Shown: positions 54,206 through 64,000, counted from the first letter of the stretch. The stretch is DNA of 64,000 bases from Gammaproteobacteria bacterium (GCA_965215365.1 CBDCDS010000003.1:96001-160000); one strand, 5' to 3'. Numbers and translations: made by a program. The notes: generated by a model not told the origin, from the sequence alone.

Positions 54206-55203
54206 ATATTTCAAAAAAACTGGAGCCTGATAATATTTATTGTGGCGACAGCAGGGTGCTGCTAAAAGGAATTGAAGCAGAATCCATCTCTCTAAGTGTT
54301 TGGTCTCCCCCGTACCATGTTGGAAAAAATTATGAGAAAGATCTTACTTTTACTGAGTGGAAAGCATTGCTGAGAGAGATCATCCATTCCCACTTTCCTG
54401 TTATAAAACCAGGTGGTTTCCTGGTCATTAACATCGCCGACATCTTATGTTTCAAAGATGATTCCATGCCCAGGATAATGGCAGAAAACGTATCCCGAAG
54501 AAAAGTGGCTCTCTCCAGGGAAGAAATAATCAGGATCATGAAAAAATATCCGGATTGGAACAGACATAAATTGGCCAGTCATTTTAATTGTAGTGAGCAA
54601 ACGATAGACAGGCGACTTAACGGCAACAATGTAAGGGGAGGTAAATATCAGTCTCAGACGCGCGTTTGTCTGGTGGGTGGTTTTATTGAAAAAGCAGCTT
54701 CGGAGGCTGGTTTTTATCTGTATGATCGTCGTATCTGGCTTAAAGATGCGGCTTGGGAAAATTCAAAGTGGCATACCATATCCTATCGCTCAGTGGATGA
54801 ATCCGAATATATTTACATATTCTGGAAACCCGGTATCACAAAGGTAGATCGGGCGAGATTGACCAGGGAAGAATGGATTAACTGGGGTTCCAGGGGAGTC
54901 TGGGAGATTTCGTCGGTTCGCAGTAACTCAGATCATGATTCAAAATTCCCGGTCGAGCTACCCAGAAGGGCAATCAGACTTTTTACTGATCCGGGCGAAG
55001 TAGTGCTCGATTGTTTTGTCGGCAGCGGCACCAGCGTAGTTGCCGCCTTTAGTGAGGACAGGCAATACATCGGCATAGACAAGGAAAGCACATCTGTGGA
55101 AATTGCTCGGAAAGCCGTGGAATCGTTGCATGGACGCAAAAAAGAATCGGTGCAGATGGAGTTAATGATTCGAGATATCGAAGCTGTTTATAATGCAGGG
55201 TGA
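54193..55203 (+). CDS. Beta-class N4-cytosine DNA methyltransferase, M.BglI-like
   Basis: SVWSPPY motif IV before DCFVGSGT motif I; HTH-like insert FNCSEQTIDRRL. Confidence 0.88.
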   Translation: MALIDISKKLEPDNIYCGDSRVLLKGIEAESISLSVWSPPYHVGKNYEKDLTFTEWKALLREIIHSHFPVIKPGGFLVINIADILCFKDDSMPRIMAENVSRRKVALSREEIIRIMKKYPDWNRHKLASHFNCSEQTIDRRLNGNNVRGGKYQSQTRVCLVGGFIEKAASEAGFYLYDRRIWLKDAAWENSKWHTISYRSVDESEYIYIFWKPGITKVDRARLTREEWINWGSRGVWEISSVRSNSDHDSKFPVELPRRAIRLFTDPGEVVLDCFVGSGTSVVAAFSEDRQYIGIDKESTSVEIARKAVESLHGRKKESVQMELMIRDIEAVYNAG

Positions 55204-55856
55204 TAACTTCAAAACGAGACAGAGAACAGATTATGGAAATTTCCTTAAACGACTTCAGCTATTTTTTTCAACTTACCGGCAACGACGGCGGCCTTGCGTC
55301 GATGGAAATGCAATTCAGGCCTCATCTGTACAAAGGACAGGATGTTGACGACATAAAGGCGGCGACTCGCAGTTGCATGGACAGATATCTGGAGGTGCTT
55401 GAGCCGCTTTTTAGCGATGTTATTGATGGAAAAAAGGAACCTCAATTAACCGACAGTCCCGATCACGTCACCACCGGTTACCTTTACCGGGGACGTTTTA
55501 AGAAGAGGTGGCTGCGCGCGCCCGAGAAAGGCCTGGTGGCTATATTCGGGGAGGCGGCACTGGAACCGCACAGTGGCATTTCCCAATACCAAGAACAGGA
55601 AGTCAGGGTCTTGTATTCCTTTTACAAGGACGTGAATCGCCTCAGTGATGTGACCGTGAATATCAGGTTTAATGTGAGTCACATCCTGAACGTATGTTTT
55701 TTTCGGTTTACTCAAGGGCTGGAACAGATTCACCTTGGGCAAAAAGCCAGCGCCAACATGCAGCAACTTGAAGAAACGCTGAAAATCGTGACCGAACGGA
55801 AAAATGTGGATTATTACGACATGATGACACGTTCATTGGGCAGGGACTCGGGTTAA
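55200..55856 (+). CDS. Hypothetical protein coupled to the methyltransferase
   Basis: 218 aa, GTGA overlap, similarly AT-rich. Confidence 0.65.
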   Translation: MITSKRDREQIMEISLNDFSYFFQLTGNDGGLASMEMQFRPHLYKGQDVDDIKAATRSCMDRYLEVLEPLFSDVIDGKKEPQLTDSPDHVTTGYLYRGRFKKRWLRAPEKGLVAIFGEAALEPHSGISQYQEQEVRVLYSFYKDVNRLSDVTVNIRFNVSHILNVCFFRFTQGLEQIHLGQKASANMQQLEETLKIVTERKNVDYYDMMTRSLGRDSG

Positions 55857-55877
55857 CAGACGCGGAGACACTCGATC

Positions 55878-55970
55878 ATGAACGGTATTCACGATATAGG
55901 CGGCATGGACAACATGGGCCCGGTGCCTATCGAAACCAGCGAGCCGGTGTTCCATGCGGATTGAGAAGCG
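55878..55970 (+). pseudogene. nthB: 5' remnant of nitrile hydratase beta subunit
   Basis: MNGIHDIGGMDNMGPV..E..EPVFHAD-stop-E; conserved Trp codon reads TGA. Confidence 0.75.
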
Positions 55971-56142
55971 TTGGCGCAACGCAAACATGCGGTGCAGGCA
56001 GCACATCAGCGCCAGCATGAACACAGCCATTGAATTGGACGGAATAACAACATCAGTGTGGCCTTATACCATTTCCGCAACAACGGGAATCCGGTAAAAT
56101 AGCGCTTCTGGCAGGGACACTTCATTCTCAACCCCCCCGGAG

Positions 56143-56655
56143 GTGGCTATGTTTTCACAAGAAGACAAGAAGTTTTTTTATAACTACTCGATCGTGATCG
56201 GTCTGCTGGCCGTGGCGATCATCCTGTTCCTGGTGATGGCGCTCTACCTGGGCGTCGATGAGGATGCCGTGGCGCGCAAGCAGGCGACCAAGGTGTCTGC
56301 GAATACCGTGCCGGTAGGCGTGGTAAGTCTGGTCGGCGAGGAAACTGCGGCAATAGCGGTGGCTACCGTTACTGAGGTAGCCACTATCGAGACCCCGGCC
56401 GAGATGGGAGAGCGAGTGTATAAGGGTCTGTGTATCTCCTGCCACAATGGCCTGCCCAATATTCCCAAAGTCGGAGACATCGCCGCCTGGGAAAGTCGCA
56501 TTGCCCAGGGAATGGCGCTGCTGTATGAGCGCGCCATCACGGGCTTTATCAGCGAAGGAGGCGTCATTGCCATGCCGCCCAAAGGTGGCAACATGAACCT
56601 GACAGATGAAGAAGTAAAGGCCGCCGTGGACTACATGGTGGCGAACAGCCAATAA
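56143..56655 (+). CDS. Cytochrome c5 family protein
   Basis: N-terminal TM, CISCH heme motif, W..RIAQG, MPPKGG. Confidence 0.9.
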   Translation: MAMFSQEDKKFFYNYSIVIGLLAVAIILFLVMALYLGVDEDAVARKQATKVSANTVPVGVVSLVGEETAAIAVATVTEVATIETPAEMGERVYKGLCISCHNGLPNIPKVGDIAAWESRIAQGMALLYERAITGFISEGGVIAMPPKGGNMNLTDEEVKAAVDYMVANSQ

Positions 56656-56705
56656 CCCAGTTCCGGCGGTAGGCCGACTTCCCACTATTTCCAGGCCGTC
56701 TGTCC

Positions 56706-57587
56706 ATGCGCGCCCTGCTGGTATTTGTCGTAGTCTTTGTCAGCGCCATCCTTGCCGGCACCCTGCTTGCTTACCCCGTTTATGAGTTTTTTTCCTCATT
56801 CGGCGCATTACCGTTCAGGAAGGTAGTTTCCCGTACTACGCAGCTCAGCGGCCTGCTGTTCAGCCTGCTCTATTTTTGCTACTACCGCGGCTTGTCGTTA
56901 CAAGGGCTGGGACTGCGCTTGCGGCGCGGCCACATCCGCTTGTTGCAAGGGCTGGCGGCGGGCTATGCCATGGTCGCGATCATCGAAGTCACCCTGGTGT
57001 TGTTGGGTATCCACGACCTCAATGAAAGCCGGTTATTCTCGTTCTCAAGCCTGTTTCCGGGCCTGTTGCAACTGTTGTTCACGGGGCTGCTGACCGGCCT
57101 GCTGGTAGCTGTTATTGAAGAGATTATGTTCCGGGGCGCTCTGCTTGGCGGGTTGTCCCGACAGACTCATCAGGCCGTTGCCCTGATACTGGTAAGTCTG
57201 GTTTATGCCGCAGTCCATTACCTGAAATTCCGCGACCTGCCAGCGGATGCGGCCATTCACTGGTACACCGGCATTACCATGCTGCCCGCAGCTCTGTTCC
57301 AGTTCGCCGACCCGGCCCGCTACGATGCCATGCTCACCCTGTTTTTCCTGGGCCTGCTGCTGGGTCTGATACGCCTGTACACCGGCAACCTGTTACTGTG
57401 TATTGGTTTCCACGCCGGGGTAGTCAGCGCAGAAAAACTGGTCCAGCACGTTGTTGACTTCATGCCCTACAGCCCGCATGCCCACCTGGTCAACCGCTTC
57501 GACCCGTTCGTGGGCAATCTGGCCTCGGTATGGTTACTGGCCTTCAGCGTATTGTTTTATTTCATCTGCCGCCGCCGGTGCCGGTGA
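56706..57587 (+). CDS. CPBP/Abi family intramembrane metalloprotease
   Basis: EEIMFRG, YAAVH, IGFHAG. Confidence 0.85.
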   Translation: MRALLVFVVVFVSAILAGTLLAYPVYEFFSSFGALPFRKVVSRTTQLSGLLFSLLYFCYYRGLSLQGLGLRLRRGHIRLLQGLAAGYAMVAIIEVTLVLLGIHDLNESRLFSFSSLFPGLLQLLFTGLLTGLLVAVIEEIMFRGALLGGLSRQTHQAVALILVSLVYAAVHYLKFRDLPADAAIHWYTGITMLPAALFQFADPARYDAMLTLFFLGLLLGLIRLYTGNLLLCIGFHAGVVSAEKLVQHVVDFMPYSPHAHLVNRFDPFVGNLASVWLLAFSVLFYFICRRRCR

Positions 57588-57635
57588 GCGAGCAGGTGCC
57601 CATAACCTAAAGGGCGGTCAAAACCCTTGCCCTGT

Positions 57636-58265
57636 TCACCCGCTCTCCTGCGCGGCATAACCAAACACCTTGGGACGAAAGCCCTTGTCATTGATGATGC
57701 TGGCGCTGGCGCCGGTGGCGCGGATGACGAACAGTCCCTGCCGTATCGCATAGGTCTGCACCGACCGGTCTGCCTTCAGGTAGGCCACTGCCCCGTACAG
57801 CCGTTTGTCCTCTAAGCCGCGTGCATACGGGGCAAACTTGTGCAGCTTCATCACGAAATAATCCACGTCATCCACCCGCAACGTGGTCTTAACCTCCACC
57901 ACCACCGCCTCGGCGCCATTGTTGGCGACGATGTCAAACTCACAGCGGTCACTGTCGTAGCGCACCGGCCAACGGGTGTCGGTCTCATCCACCCTGATAC
58001 CCCGCTCTTCGAGCAGGGGAATCAGGTCGCCCTCCACCAGACTCTCGATCAACGTGCCCCATTGGTTGGAGAATAACGTATCGAGCTTCTTGAAGCGCTG
58101 ATCGAAGTAGCGGTCGCGGCGGGCGTTTTCTTTTATTCGCCGTTCGGTCTCTTTTGCTTGTTCCTTCAATAGCCGGTCGAGATCCTGCTGCGCTGCGCGT
58201 AATTCCTGCATGCCAGCCCAGAACGCCTCAGGCGTGGCGTGTTCATGCAGTGTTTTGTTGTCCAT
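57636..58265 (-). CDS. Coiled-coil + PD-(D/E)XK nuclease-like protein
   Basis: GGAGG RBS; WG.LIESLV, EFDIVA.N...VVVEVKT. Confidence 0.8.
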   Translation of the reverse strand: MDNKTLHEHATPEAFWAGMQELRAAQQDLDRLLKEQAKETERRIKENARRDRYFDQRFKKLDTLFSNQWGTLIESLVEGDLIPLLEERGIRVDETDTRWPVRYDSDRCEFDIVANNGAEAVVVEVKTTLRVDDVDYFVMKLHKFAPYARGLEDKRLYGAVAYLKADRSVQTYAIRQGLFVIRATGASASIINDKGFRPKVFGYAAQESG

Positions 58266-58396
58266 GACAGATACCTCCGTATCGGTTAGGTTGATGGGTT
58301 TGATAAAGCGGGCGGCAGCGAATGCAATCGCACCACCCACTGCGGTATTTTACACGGGTGCAGTGGGTGATGCAAGCTTTGACCTGCTCTGGTGCA

Positions 58397-58424
58397 TTGT
58401 CGAATGCTCATTTCAGGATATAAT
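58397..58424 (+). promoter_or_regulatory. Sigma70-like promoter of TPR-lolB-ispE
   Basis: TTGTCG-N16-TATAAT. Confidence 0.55.
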
Positions 58425-58438
58425 CGCGAGGGTATCTA

Positions 58439-58679
58439 GCCCGCATATCTCACCAAGTGATGCGAAGATCGCGCCGGATTGGTTCTGCCTGCGGGTGCCT
58501 GCGCCCGAAACCATAGCGGTAGCTATGGTTGAGGAAGCACGTGCCCGCAGGCAGAACCAGGACCAGCGAGGGCGCATCAAGCGCAGTGTGTTATGTGGAA
58601 AGAGTAGCAGTATTACCATAACTTATTGAGAGAGATAATGTTTCACAAGGCAACAAGCGACTTGGTGAGATCTGCGGGC
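58439..58679 (+). mobile_element. Full 241-bp MITE copy
   Basis: TA-GCCCGCATATCTCACC ... GGTGAGATCTGCGGGC-TA. Confidence 0.95.
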
Positions 58680-58692
58680 TAGTGAACCGGCC

Positions 58693-60453
58693 ATGAAAAC
58701 ATCTCAGCGCCTTGCAAAAATCGCCCTGCCGGGCTTTATCGCACTCGTGGTGGCGTCTTGCGCGCCGACCAGGCAGGGCCCGGTGACACCCACCGCGCCT
58801 GAGCCGGTTGGCGCAAGTGGCGCACCGCCGGCCCGCAGCACCCGGGTGGAGCCGGTGCGCCCGCAGCTTGAACTGACCGAAGACCTGCTCTATAAACTGC
58901 TGCTTGCCGAAGTCGCAGGACACCGGGGTCGACTGGATATATCCATCGAGAATTACCTGAGCCTGGCCCGCAGCACCCGCGACCACCGGCTAGTTGAGCG
59001 CGCCGCGCGCATCGCAGTCTATGCCCGGGACGACGCCGCGGCGCTGACGGCGGCCCGCATCTGGGTGGAACTGGACCCGCACAATCCCGACCCGCACCAG
59101 GTGCTGGCCATTATGAAACTGCGTTCCGGCGACTTGGGCCAGGCGGTCACGCACCTGCAGGATATTTTCTCTTATTCCGCGGGCGCCTCCGACGAAAAGC
59201 TATGGATGATCGCCAACCTGCTCGGCAGTGAGAAAGACAAGGGCGCGGTGCTGGAGGTGATGGACAAGCTGGTAGCCTCGCAGGATAATTCTGCCGGCGC
59301 CTTGTATGCCTTCGCCCATGTTGCCGCGCGGCTGGAAGACTTGGAACGGGCGCGAAAATTGCTCGAAGACACCCTGGAGCTGGCGCCGGATAATGACAAT
59401 GCGGCGCTCAGCTATATCTCCATTCTGCAACGGCTGGAGCGCCGCCAGGAAGCCTTGTCATGGTTGCAACAGGAACTGGCGCGGCGCGGGGAAAATGGCT
59501 TTAACCTGCGCATGGCCTATGCGCGGCTGCTGATGGAAGTCAGGCAGTATGACAAGGCCTTGTCCCAGTTTGAGTTGCTCAGTGCCCGTGAACCTGAAAA
59601 CACGGACGTGTTATATGCCCTGGGATTGTTATACCTGCAAAGCAATCGTCTTGAGCAGTCCGAGACTTTGTTCAAAAAGCTGTCTAGGCAGGACCACCTG
59701 ACGGACTCCGCCAATTATTACCTTGGGCGCATTGCGGAGGAAAAGCGCAACTATAACGAAGCCGGCGCCTGGTATCAGGGCGTGCATAAAGGTGAGCACT
59801 ATTTTGACGCGCAGATCCGGCTCGCCATGCTATTGGCGCGCGACGGCCGGCTGGACGCGGCGCGCAAGCACCTGCGCTCCATCCGCCCACAAAGCGCGCA
59901 ACAGGCGCTGGCCCTGATCCGGGCCGAGGGCGATATGCTCATCGCGGCGGAACAGTATGAAGCGGCGGTTGCAATTTACACCCGGGCGCTGGGAGACCGC
60001 TATGATGCCGACTTGTTGTATGCCCGGGCCATGGCCGCAGAAAAACTCGGGCGGCTGGACCTGCTGGAGGCAGACCTCAGAGCCATACTCGAACGGGAAC
60101 CGGAGCACGCCCAGGCCCTGAACGCACTGGGCTACACCCTGGCAGATGCCACCGACCGCTACGACGAAGCCTACAATTTGATCAAGCAGGCCCTGGCGCT
60201 GAGGCCCACCGACTTTTATATCCTGGACAGCATGGGTTGGGTGCTGTACCGGCTGGGGCGGCTCGATGAGGCGATTGAATACCTGAGAAAAGCCCTCAGC
60301 ATCCGCCAGGACCCGGAAATCGCCGCACACCTGGGCGAGGTGCTGTGGGTCAGGGGGGAACGGGAGCAGGCCATGCAGGTCTGGGAAGCGGCCTTGCAAC
60401 AAACTCCCGAAGACAGCCGCTTGCTGGACGTGATTGAACGGTTCAATCCGTAA
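58693..60453 (+). CDS. TPR-repeat lipoprotein upstream of lolB
   Basis: VASC lipobox, LLLAEVA..RG, ALNALGYTLAD, DSMGWV, EIAAHLGEVLW. Confidence 0.9.
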   Translation: MKTSQRLAKIALPGFIALVVASCAPTRQGPVTPTAPEPVGASGAPPARSTRVEPVRPQLELTEDLLYKLLLAEVAGHRGRLDISIENYLSLARSTRDHRLVERAARIAVYARDDAAALTAARIWVELDPHNPDPHQVLAIMKLRSGDLGQAVTHLQDIFSYSAGASDEKLWMIANLLGSEKDKGAVLEVMDKLVASQDNSAGALYAFAHVAARLEDLERARKLLEDTLELAPDNDNAALSYISILQRLERRQEALSWLQQELARRGENGFNLRMAYARLLMEVRQYDKALSQFELLSAREPENTDVLYALGLLYLQSNRLEQSETLFKKLSRQDHLTDSANYYLGRIAEEKRNYNEAGAWYQGVHKGEHYFDAQIRLAMLLARDGRLDAARKHLRSIRPQSAQQALALIRAEGDMLIAAEQYEAAVAIYTRALGDRYDADLLYARAMAAEKLGRLDLLEADLRAILEREPEHAQALNALGYTLADATDRYDEAYNLIKQALALRPTDFYILDSMGWVLYRLGRLDEAIEYLRKALSIRQDPEIAAHLGEVLWVRGEREQAMQVWEAALQQTPEDSRLLDVIERFNP

Positions 60454-60483
60454 GCCGGTCGCGTCATCATTTCCGTGCGCCTA

Positions 60484-60724
60484 ACCCGCAGATCTCACCA
60501 AGTCGCTTGTTGCCTTGTGAAACATGGTTGCTCTCGATGAGTTATGATAATACTGCTGCTCTTTCCACATAACCCACTGCGCTTGATGCGCCCTCGCTGG
60601 TCTTGGTTCTGCCTGCGGGCACGTGCTTGTTCAACCATAGCTACCGCTATGGTTTCGGTCGCAGGCACCCGCAGGCAGCACCAATCCGGCGCGATCTTCG
60701 CATCACCCGGTGAGATCTGCGGGC
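60484..60724 (-). mobile_element. Full 241-bp MITE copy in codon 3 of lolB
   Basis: TA-ACCCGCAGATCTCACC ... GGTGAGATCTGCGGGC-TA. Confidence 0.95.
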
Positions 60725-61305
60725 TAGTCCCCGCGTTGCTGCTGGCAACTTTGCTGGCCGCCTGTGCACAGGCGCCGGTGGAACCTGCCATGACGCCCGT
60801 CTGGGAGGCGCGTAAGGATACCCTGATGCAGCTGCAAACCTGGGACCTGCAGGGCCGGATCGCGGTGCGCACGCCCGCCGACTCCGGCTCGGGTTCCTTG
60901 TACTGGACGCAGCAAGACGATGCCTACGCACTGCGGGTGGTTGCCCCGTTCTCCGGCGGCATGTATGAACTCACCGGCGCTAGCGGCGCGGTGTCATTAC
61001 TCACACCGGATAAAACCCTGTTGCAAGCCACGGACGCAGAGACGCTGCTGCAGCAAGCGGCAGGCTGGCATTTGCCGGTATCCGAACTGGTGTACTGGAT
61101 ACGGGGTGTACCGGCGCCGGCGCTGGCGGTGGAGCAACTGCTGCTGGACGCAGAAAACCGCATCACCACCCTGGGTCAGGGTGGTTGGTCGATACGTTAT
61201 AAAAGCTACACCGGCGTCCGCGGCATCAGCCTGCCGGCAAGGCTGGACCTGGAAAACGAACGGGCGCGGGTACGCCTGTCGATCCGGGAATGGAAGTTGC
61301 CATGA
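60544..61305 (+). CDS. lolB: Outer membrane lipoprotein LolB with MITE-derived N-terminal extension
   Basis: LAAC lipobox, W.LQGRIAV, GWHLPV..L.YWIRG.P, LPARL; between TPR gene and ispE. Confidence 0.85.
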   Translation: MIILLLFPHNPLRLMRPRWSWFCLRARACSTIATAMVSVAGTRRQHQSGAIFASPGEICGLVPALLLATLLAACAQAPVEPAMTPVWEARKDTLMQLQTWDLQGRIAVRTPADSGSGSLYWTQQDDAYALRVVAPFSGGMYELTGASGAVSLLTPDKTLLQATDAETLLQQAAGWHLPVSELVYWIRGVPAPALAVEQLLLDAENRITTLGQGGWSIRYKSYTGVRGISLPARLDLENERARVRLSIREWKLP

Positions 61306-62159
61306 GCCAGGTGCGGGGAGCGCCGGAAGCTTGGCCGGCGCCGGCGAAGATCAATCATTTCCTGCACGTTACCGGGCGCCGGGATGACGGCTACCACCTG
61401 TTGCAGACGGTGTTCCAGTTCTTGCAGCTGGCCGATGAATTGCAGTTCAATATCACCGACGACGGCCGCATCACGCGTGCCGGCAATTACCGGCAGGTGC
61501 AGGAGCAGGACGACCTGGTAGTGCGGGCCGCGCAACGCTTGCAGGCGCTCACCGGCAGCACCAGGGGCGCGGCAATCCGCGTCGATAAAAAGATCCCCAT
61601 CGGCGGCGGGCTGGGTGGCGGCAGTTCCGATGCGGCCACCACCCTGGTGGCCCTGAACTGCCTGTGGGGCACCGGTTTGACCACAGACCAACTCGCCGAA
61701 GCGGGGCTTGCTCTGGGCGCGGATGTCCCGGTATTCGTGCGCGGGTTCGCCGCCTGGGGAGAAGAGGTGGGGGAGCAACTGCAACCCGTGCAACTGCCGG
61801 AGCACTGGAATTTGTTGATCTACCCCAATGTTGCGGTGGCTACCGCACAGATCTTCAACGCGCCGGCGCTTGAACGTGCAACGCCCAGGGTCACGCCCGA
61901 CGACTTCCGGCAGGGCCGGTGCGGCAATGACTGCGAACCGGTAGTGCGGCACATCTATCCTGAAGTCGCGGCGGCGCTGGATTGGCTCAACGCCCGGGCC
62001 AAAGCCCGCTTGTCCGGCACCGGGGCAACCGTGTTCGCAACGTTTCCGCAACGGCATCAGGCTGTGAGGCTGCTGCAGGAGCTGCCGGCCAGGTGGCAGG
62101 GCTTTGTGGCCAGAGGATGCAACCGCTCGCCGCTCAGGGACAGACTGGCCCAGGCATAA
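61302..62159 (+). CDS. ispE: 4-diphosphocytidyl-2C-methyl-D-erythritol kinase
   Basis: PAPAKIN, GYHLLQT, GGGLGGGSSDAA, LGADVP, SGTG. Confidence 0.95.
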   Translation: MSQVRGAPEAWPAPAKINHFLHVTGRRDDGYHLLQTVFQFLQLADELQFNITDDGRITRAGNYRQVQEQDDLVVRAAQRLQALTGSTRGAAIRVDKKIPIGGGLGGGSSDAATTLVALNCLWGTGLTTDQLAEAGLALGADVPVFVRGFAAWGEEVGEQLQPVQLPEHWNLLIYPNVAVATAQIFNAPALERATPRVTPDDFRQGRCGNDCEPVVRHIYPEVAAALDWLNARAKARLSGTGATVFATFPQRHQAVRLLQELPARWQGFVARGCNRSPLRDRLAQA

Positions 62160-62265
62160 CGGGCCAGCCGGCGCAAAAATGCCTGTCGGCCTGAATTGAC
62201 CCGGCAAATATGCTATGCTGACCGCACTTTTTGTCGGAGTGTCTGCCCGTGTCTGAAATTTACCC

Positions 62266-62910
62266 ATGACTGCCTTGCGCAAATACATTATTGCCGGTTT
62301 GCTGGTGTGGTTGCCACTACTCATCACCGTAGCCATCATCAAGTTTGTCGTTGACCTGCTCGATGGCACTGTGTTGCTGTTGCCGCCGGAGTACCGGCCG
62401 GAAGCGTTGTTGGGTTTCAGCATTCCGGGCTTTGGCATTGTGCTGGCTTTCGTGATTCTCGTTGTGACCGGCATGTTTGCCGCCAACCTGCTGGGCCGGC
62501 GTCTGGTGCAGCTTTGGGAGTCCTTGCTGGGGCGCATCCCGCTGGTGCGCAACATCTACCACAGCGTGAAACAGATCGCCACCACCCTGCTGGCCACCCA
62601 GAGCAAGTCATTTCGCAAGGTGGTGCTGGTGGAATACCCGCGTAAGGACAGCTGGTGTATCGGCTTTTTGGTGAATGAACAGGTTGATACAGAAGCAAGC
62701 ATCACCGACCGCAAGCTCCAGTCCATTTACCTGCCGACTACGCCCAACCCCACCTCCGGTTTCAACCTGTTGCTGCCGGAGGAAGAAATCACGGAACTGG
62801 ACATGTCCGTGGAAGACGGATTCAAGTTCATCATCTCCATGGGCGTGATTGTACCGGACGGGAAGATCAGGCAGTTATCTCAGTCCGTACAAGGCGCGCC
62901 CCCCCTTTGA
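62266..62910 (+). CDS. DUF502 domain membrane protein
   Basis: [32 protein letters not shown]. Confidence 0.9.
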   Translation: MTALRKYIIAGLLVWLPLLITVAIIKFVVDLLDGTVLLLPPEYRPEALLGFSIPGFGIVLAFVILVVTGMFAANLLGRRLVQLWESLLGRIPLVRNIYHSVKQIATTLLATQSKSFRKVVLVEYPRKDSWCIGFLVNEQVDTEASITDRKLQSIYLPTTPNPTSGFNLLLPEEEITELDMSVEDGFKFIISMGVIVPDGKIRQLSQSVQGAPPL

Positions 62911-62950
62911 TCTCTCCACTTCCTGTGGTCAGCAACGGATAAAGTCACTC

Positions 62951-64000
62951 ATGCGCAGTCATTATTGCGGACAGTTGCGCGCCGACATGGTCGGTGAGGA
63001 AGTCGCCTTATGCGGTTGGGTGCACCGGCGCCGCGACCACGGCGGGGTGATCTTCATTGACCTGCGCGACCGCGAGGGGCTGGCGCAGGTGGTCTATGAC
63101 CCCGACCACGCCGAGCCTTTTGCCGTGGCCGAGACGCTCAGAAACGAATACGTGGTGCGCGTGACCGGGCGCGTGCGCCGGCGCCCGGACGGTACGCTCA
63201 ACCGGAACCTGCCGACCGGCGCGGTAGAAGTGCTGGGTCACACGCTGGAGGTGCTGAACCCGGCGCAGACCCCCCCGTTCCAACTGGACGACGAGAACGT
63301 CAACGATGATATTCGCCTGCGCTACCGCTATGTGGATCTGCGCCGGGAGGCCATGCAGGACAACCTCAAACTGCGCAGCCGGGTGACCCGCGCGCTGCGC
63401 GCCTACCTGGACGACAAGGGTTTTCTCGATATCGAGACTCCGGTGCTGACCCGGGCCACCCCGGAGGGCGCGCGCGATTATCTGGTGCCGAGCCGCACCC
63501 AGCGCGGCGCTTTCTTCGCCTTGCCGCAGTCGCCGCAGCTGTTCAAGCAGCTGCTGATGATGTCAGGGCTGGAACGCTACTACCAGATCGTGCGCTGCTT
63601 CCGCGACGAAGACTTGCGCGCCGACCGGCAACCGGAATTCACCCAGCTCGACATGGAACTGTCGTTCGTGACCGAAGATGACATCACCGCCTTGACGGAA
63701 GACATGATGCGCACCCTGTTCAGGCAGGTGCAAGGCATCGAACTGGCAGATCCCTTTCCGCGCCTGAGCTATCGGGAAGCCATGCAGCGCTACGGCAGCG
63801 ACCGGCCGGACCTGCGTAACCCGCTGCAACTGGTGGAGGTGGGCGACCTGATGCAACAGGTGGAGTTCAAGGTGTTTTCCGGCCCGGCCAACCAGGCCAA
63901 CGGGCGCGTGGCTGCGTTGCGCCTGCCCGGCGGCGCCGCGCTGACCCGTAAGGCCCTCGACGACTACACCGCTTATGTCGGCAAATACGGCGCCAAGGGG
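62951..64000 (+). CDS. aspS: Aspartate-tRNA ligase (runs off window end)
   Basis: Hand translation: [68 protein letters not shown]. Confidence 0.96.
   Translation, partial: MRSHYCGQLRADMVGEEVALCGWVHRRRDHGGVIFIDLRDREGLAQVVYDPDHAEPFAVAETLRNEYVVRVTGRVRRRPDGTLNRNLPTGAVEVLGHTLEVLNPAQTPPFQLDDENVNDDIRLRYRYVDLRREAMQDNLKLRSRVTRALRAYLDDKGFLDIETPVLTRATPEGARDYLVPSRTQRGAFFALPQSPQLFKQLLMMSGLERYYQIVRCFRDEDLRADRQPEFTQLDMELSFVTEDDITALTEDMMRTLFRQVQGIELADPFPRLSYREAMQRYGSDRPDLRNPLQLVEVGDLMQQVEFKVFSGPANQANGRVAALRLPGGAALTRKALDDYTAYVGKYGAKG

Noticed and set aside
62160-62265. tRNA-Gln expected after ispE
   Set aside because: No cloverleaf or TTCG T-loop sequence present

Overview
GC-rich gammaproteobacterial DNA in two parts. 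About 0.8-42.7 kb is a heavily rearranged accessory region for glycan use: a RidA/SDR/PLP ammonia-lyase/D-aminoacylase/GH20 operon next to dgoK-dgoA, two GH123-like genes, chimeric FN3/autotransporter/TonB-receptor and GH16/GH53 ORFs, two GH2 beta-galactosidases and a De Ley-Doudoroff-type galactose module. It is mixed with type II secretion gene fragments, a dead IS481 and toxin-antitoxin or ATPase genes. About 42.8-64 kb is mostly core genes (yfgM-bamB-der, tRNA-Lys, hppA, TPR-lolB-ispE, DUF502-aspS) plus a decayed SfiI/BglI-type restriction-modification locus. Strongest signals: (1) a probable non-phosphorylative oxidative GalNAc pathway feeding DgoK/DgoA, with a shared operator motif; (2) a 241-bp TA-flanked MITE carrying an in-frame stop-restart, inserted in dgoK, lolB and bamB; (3) an exact 36-bp repeat/36-bp foreign spacer/36-bp repeat inside a gene, resembling off-target CRISPR spacer acquisition; (4) an in-frame interdigitated FN3/GH123 gene. 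All family assignments come from motif recognition by eye; no searches were run.
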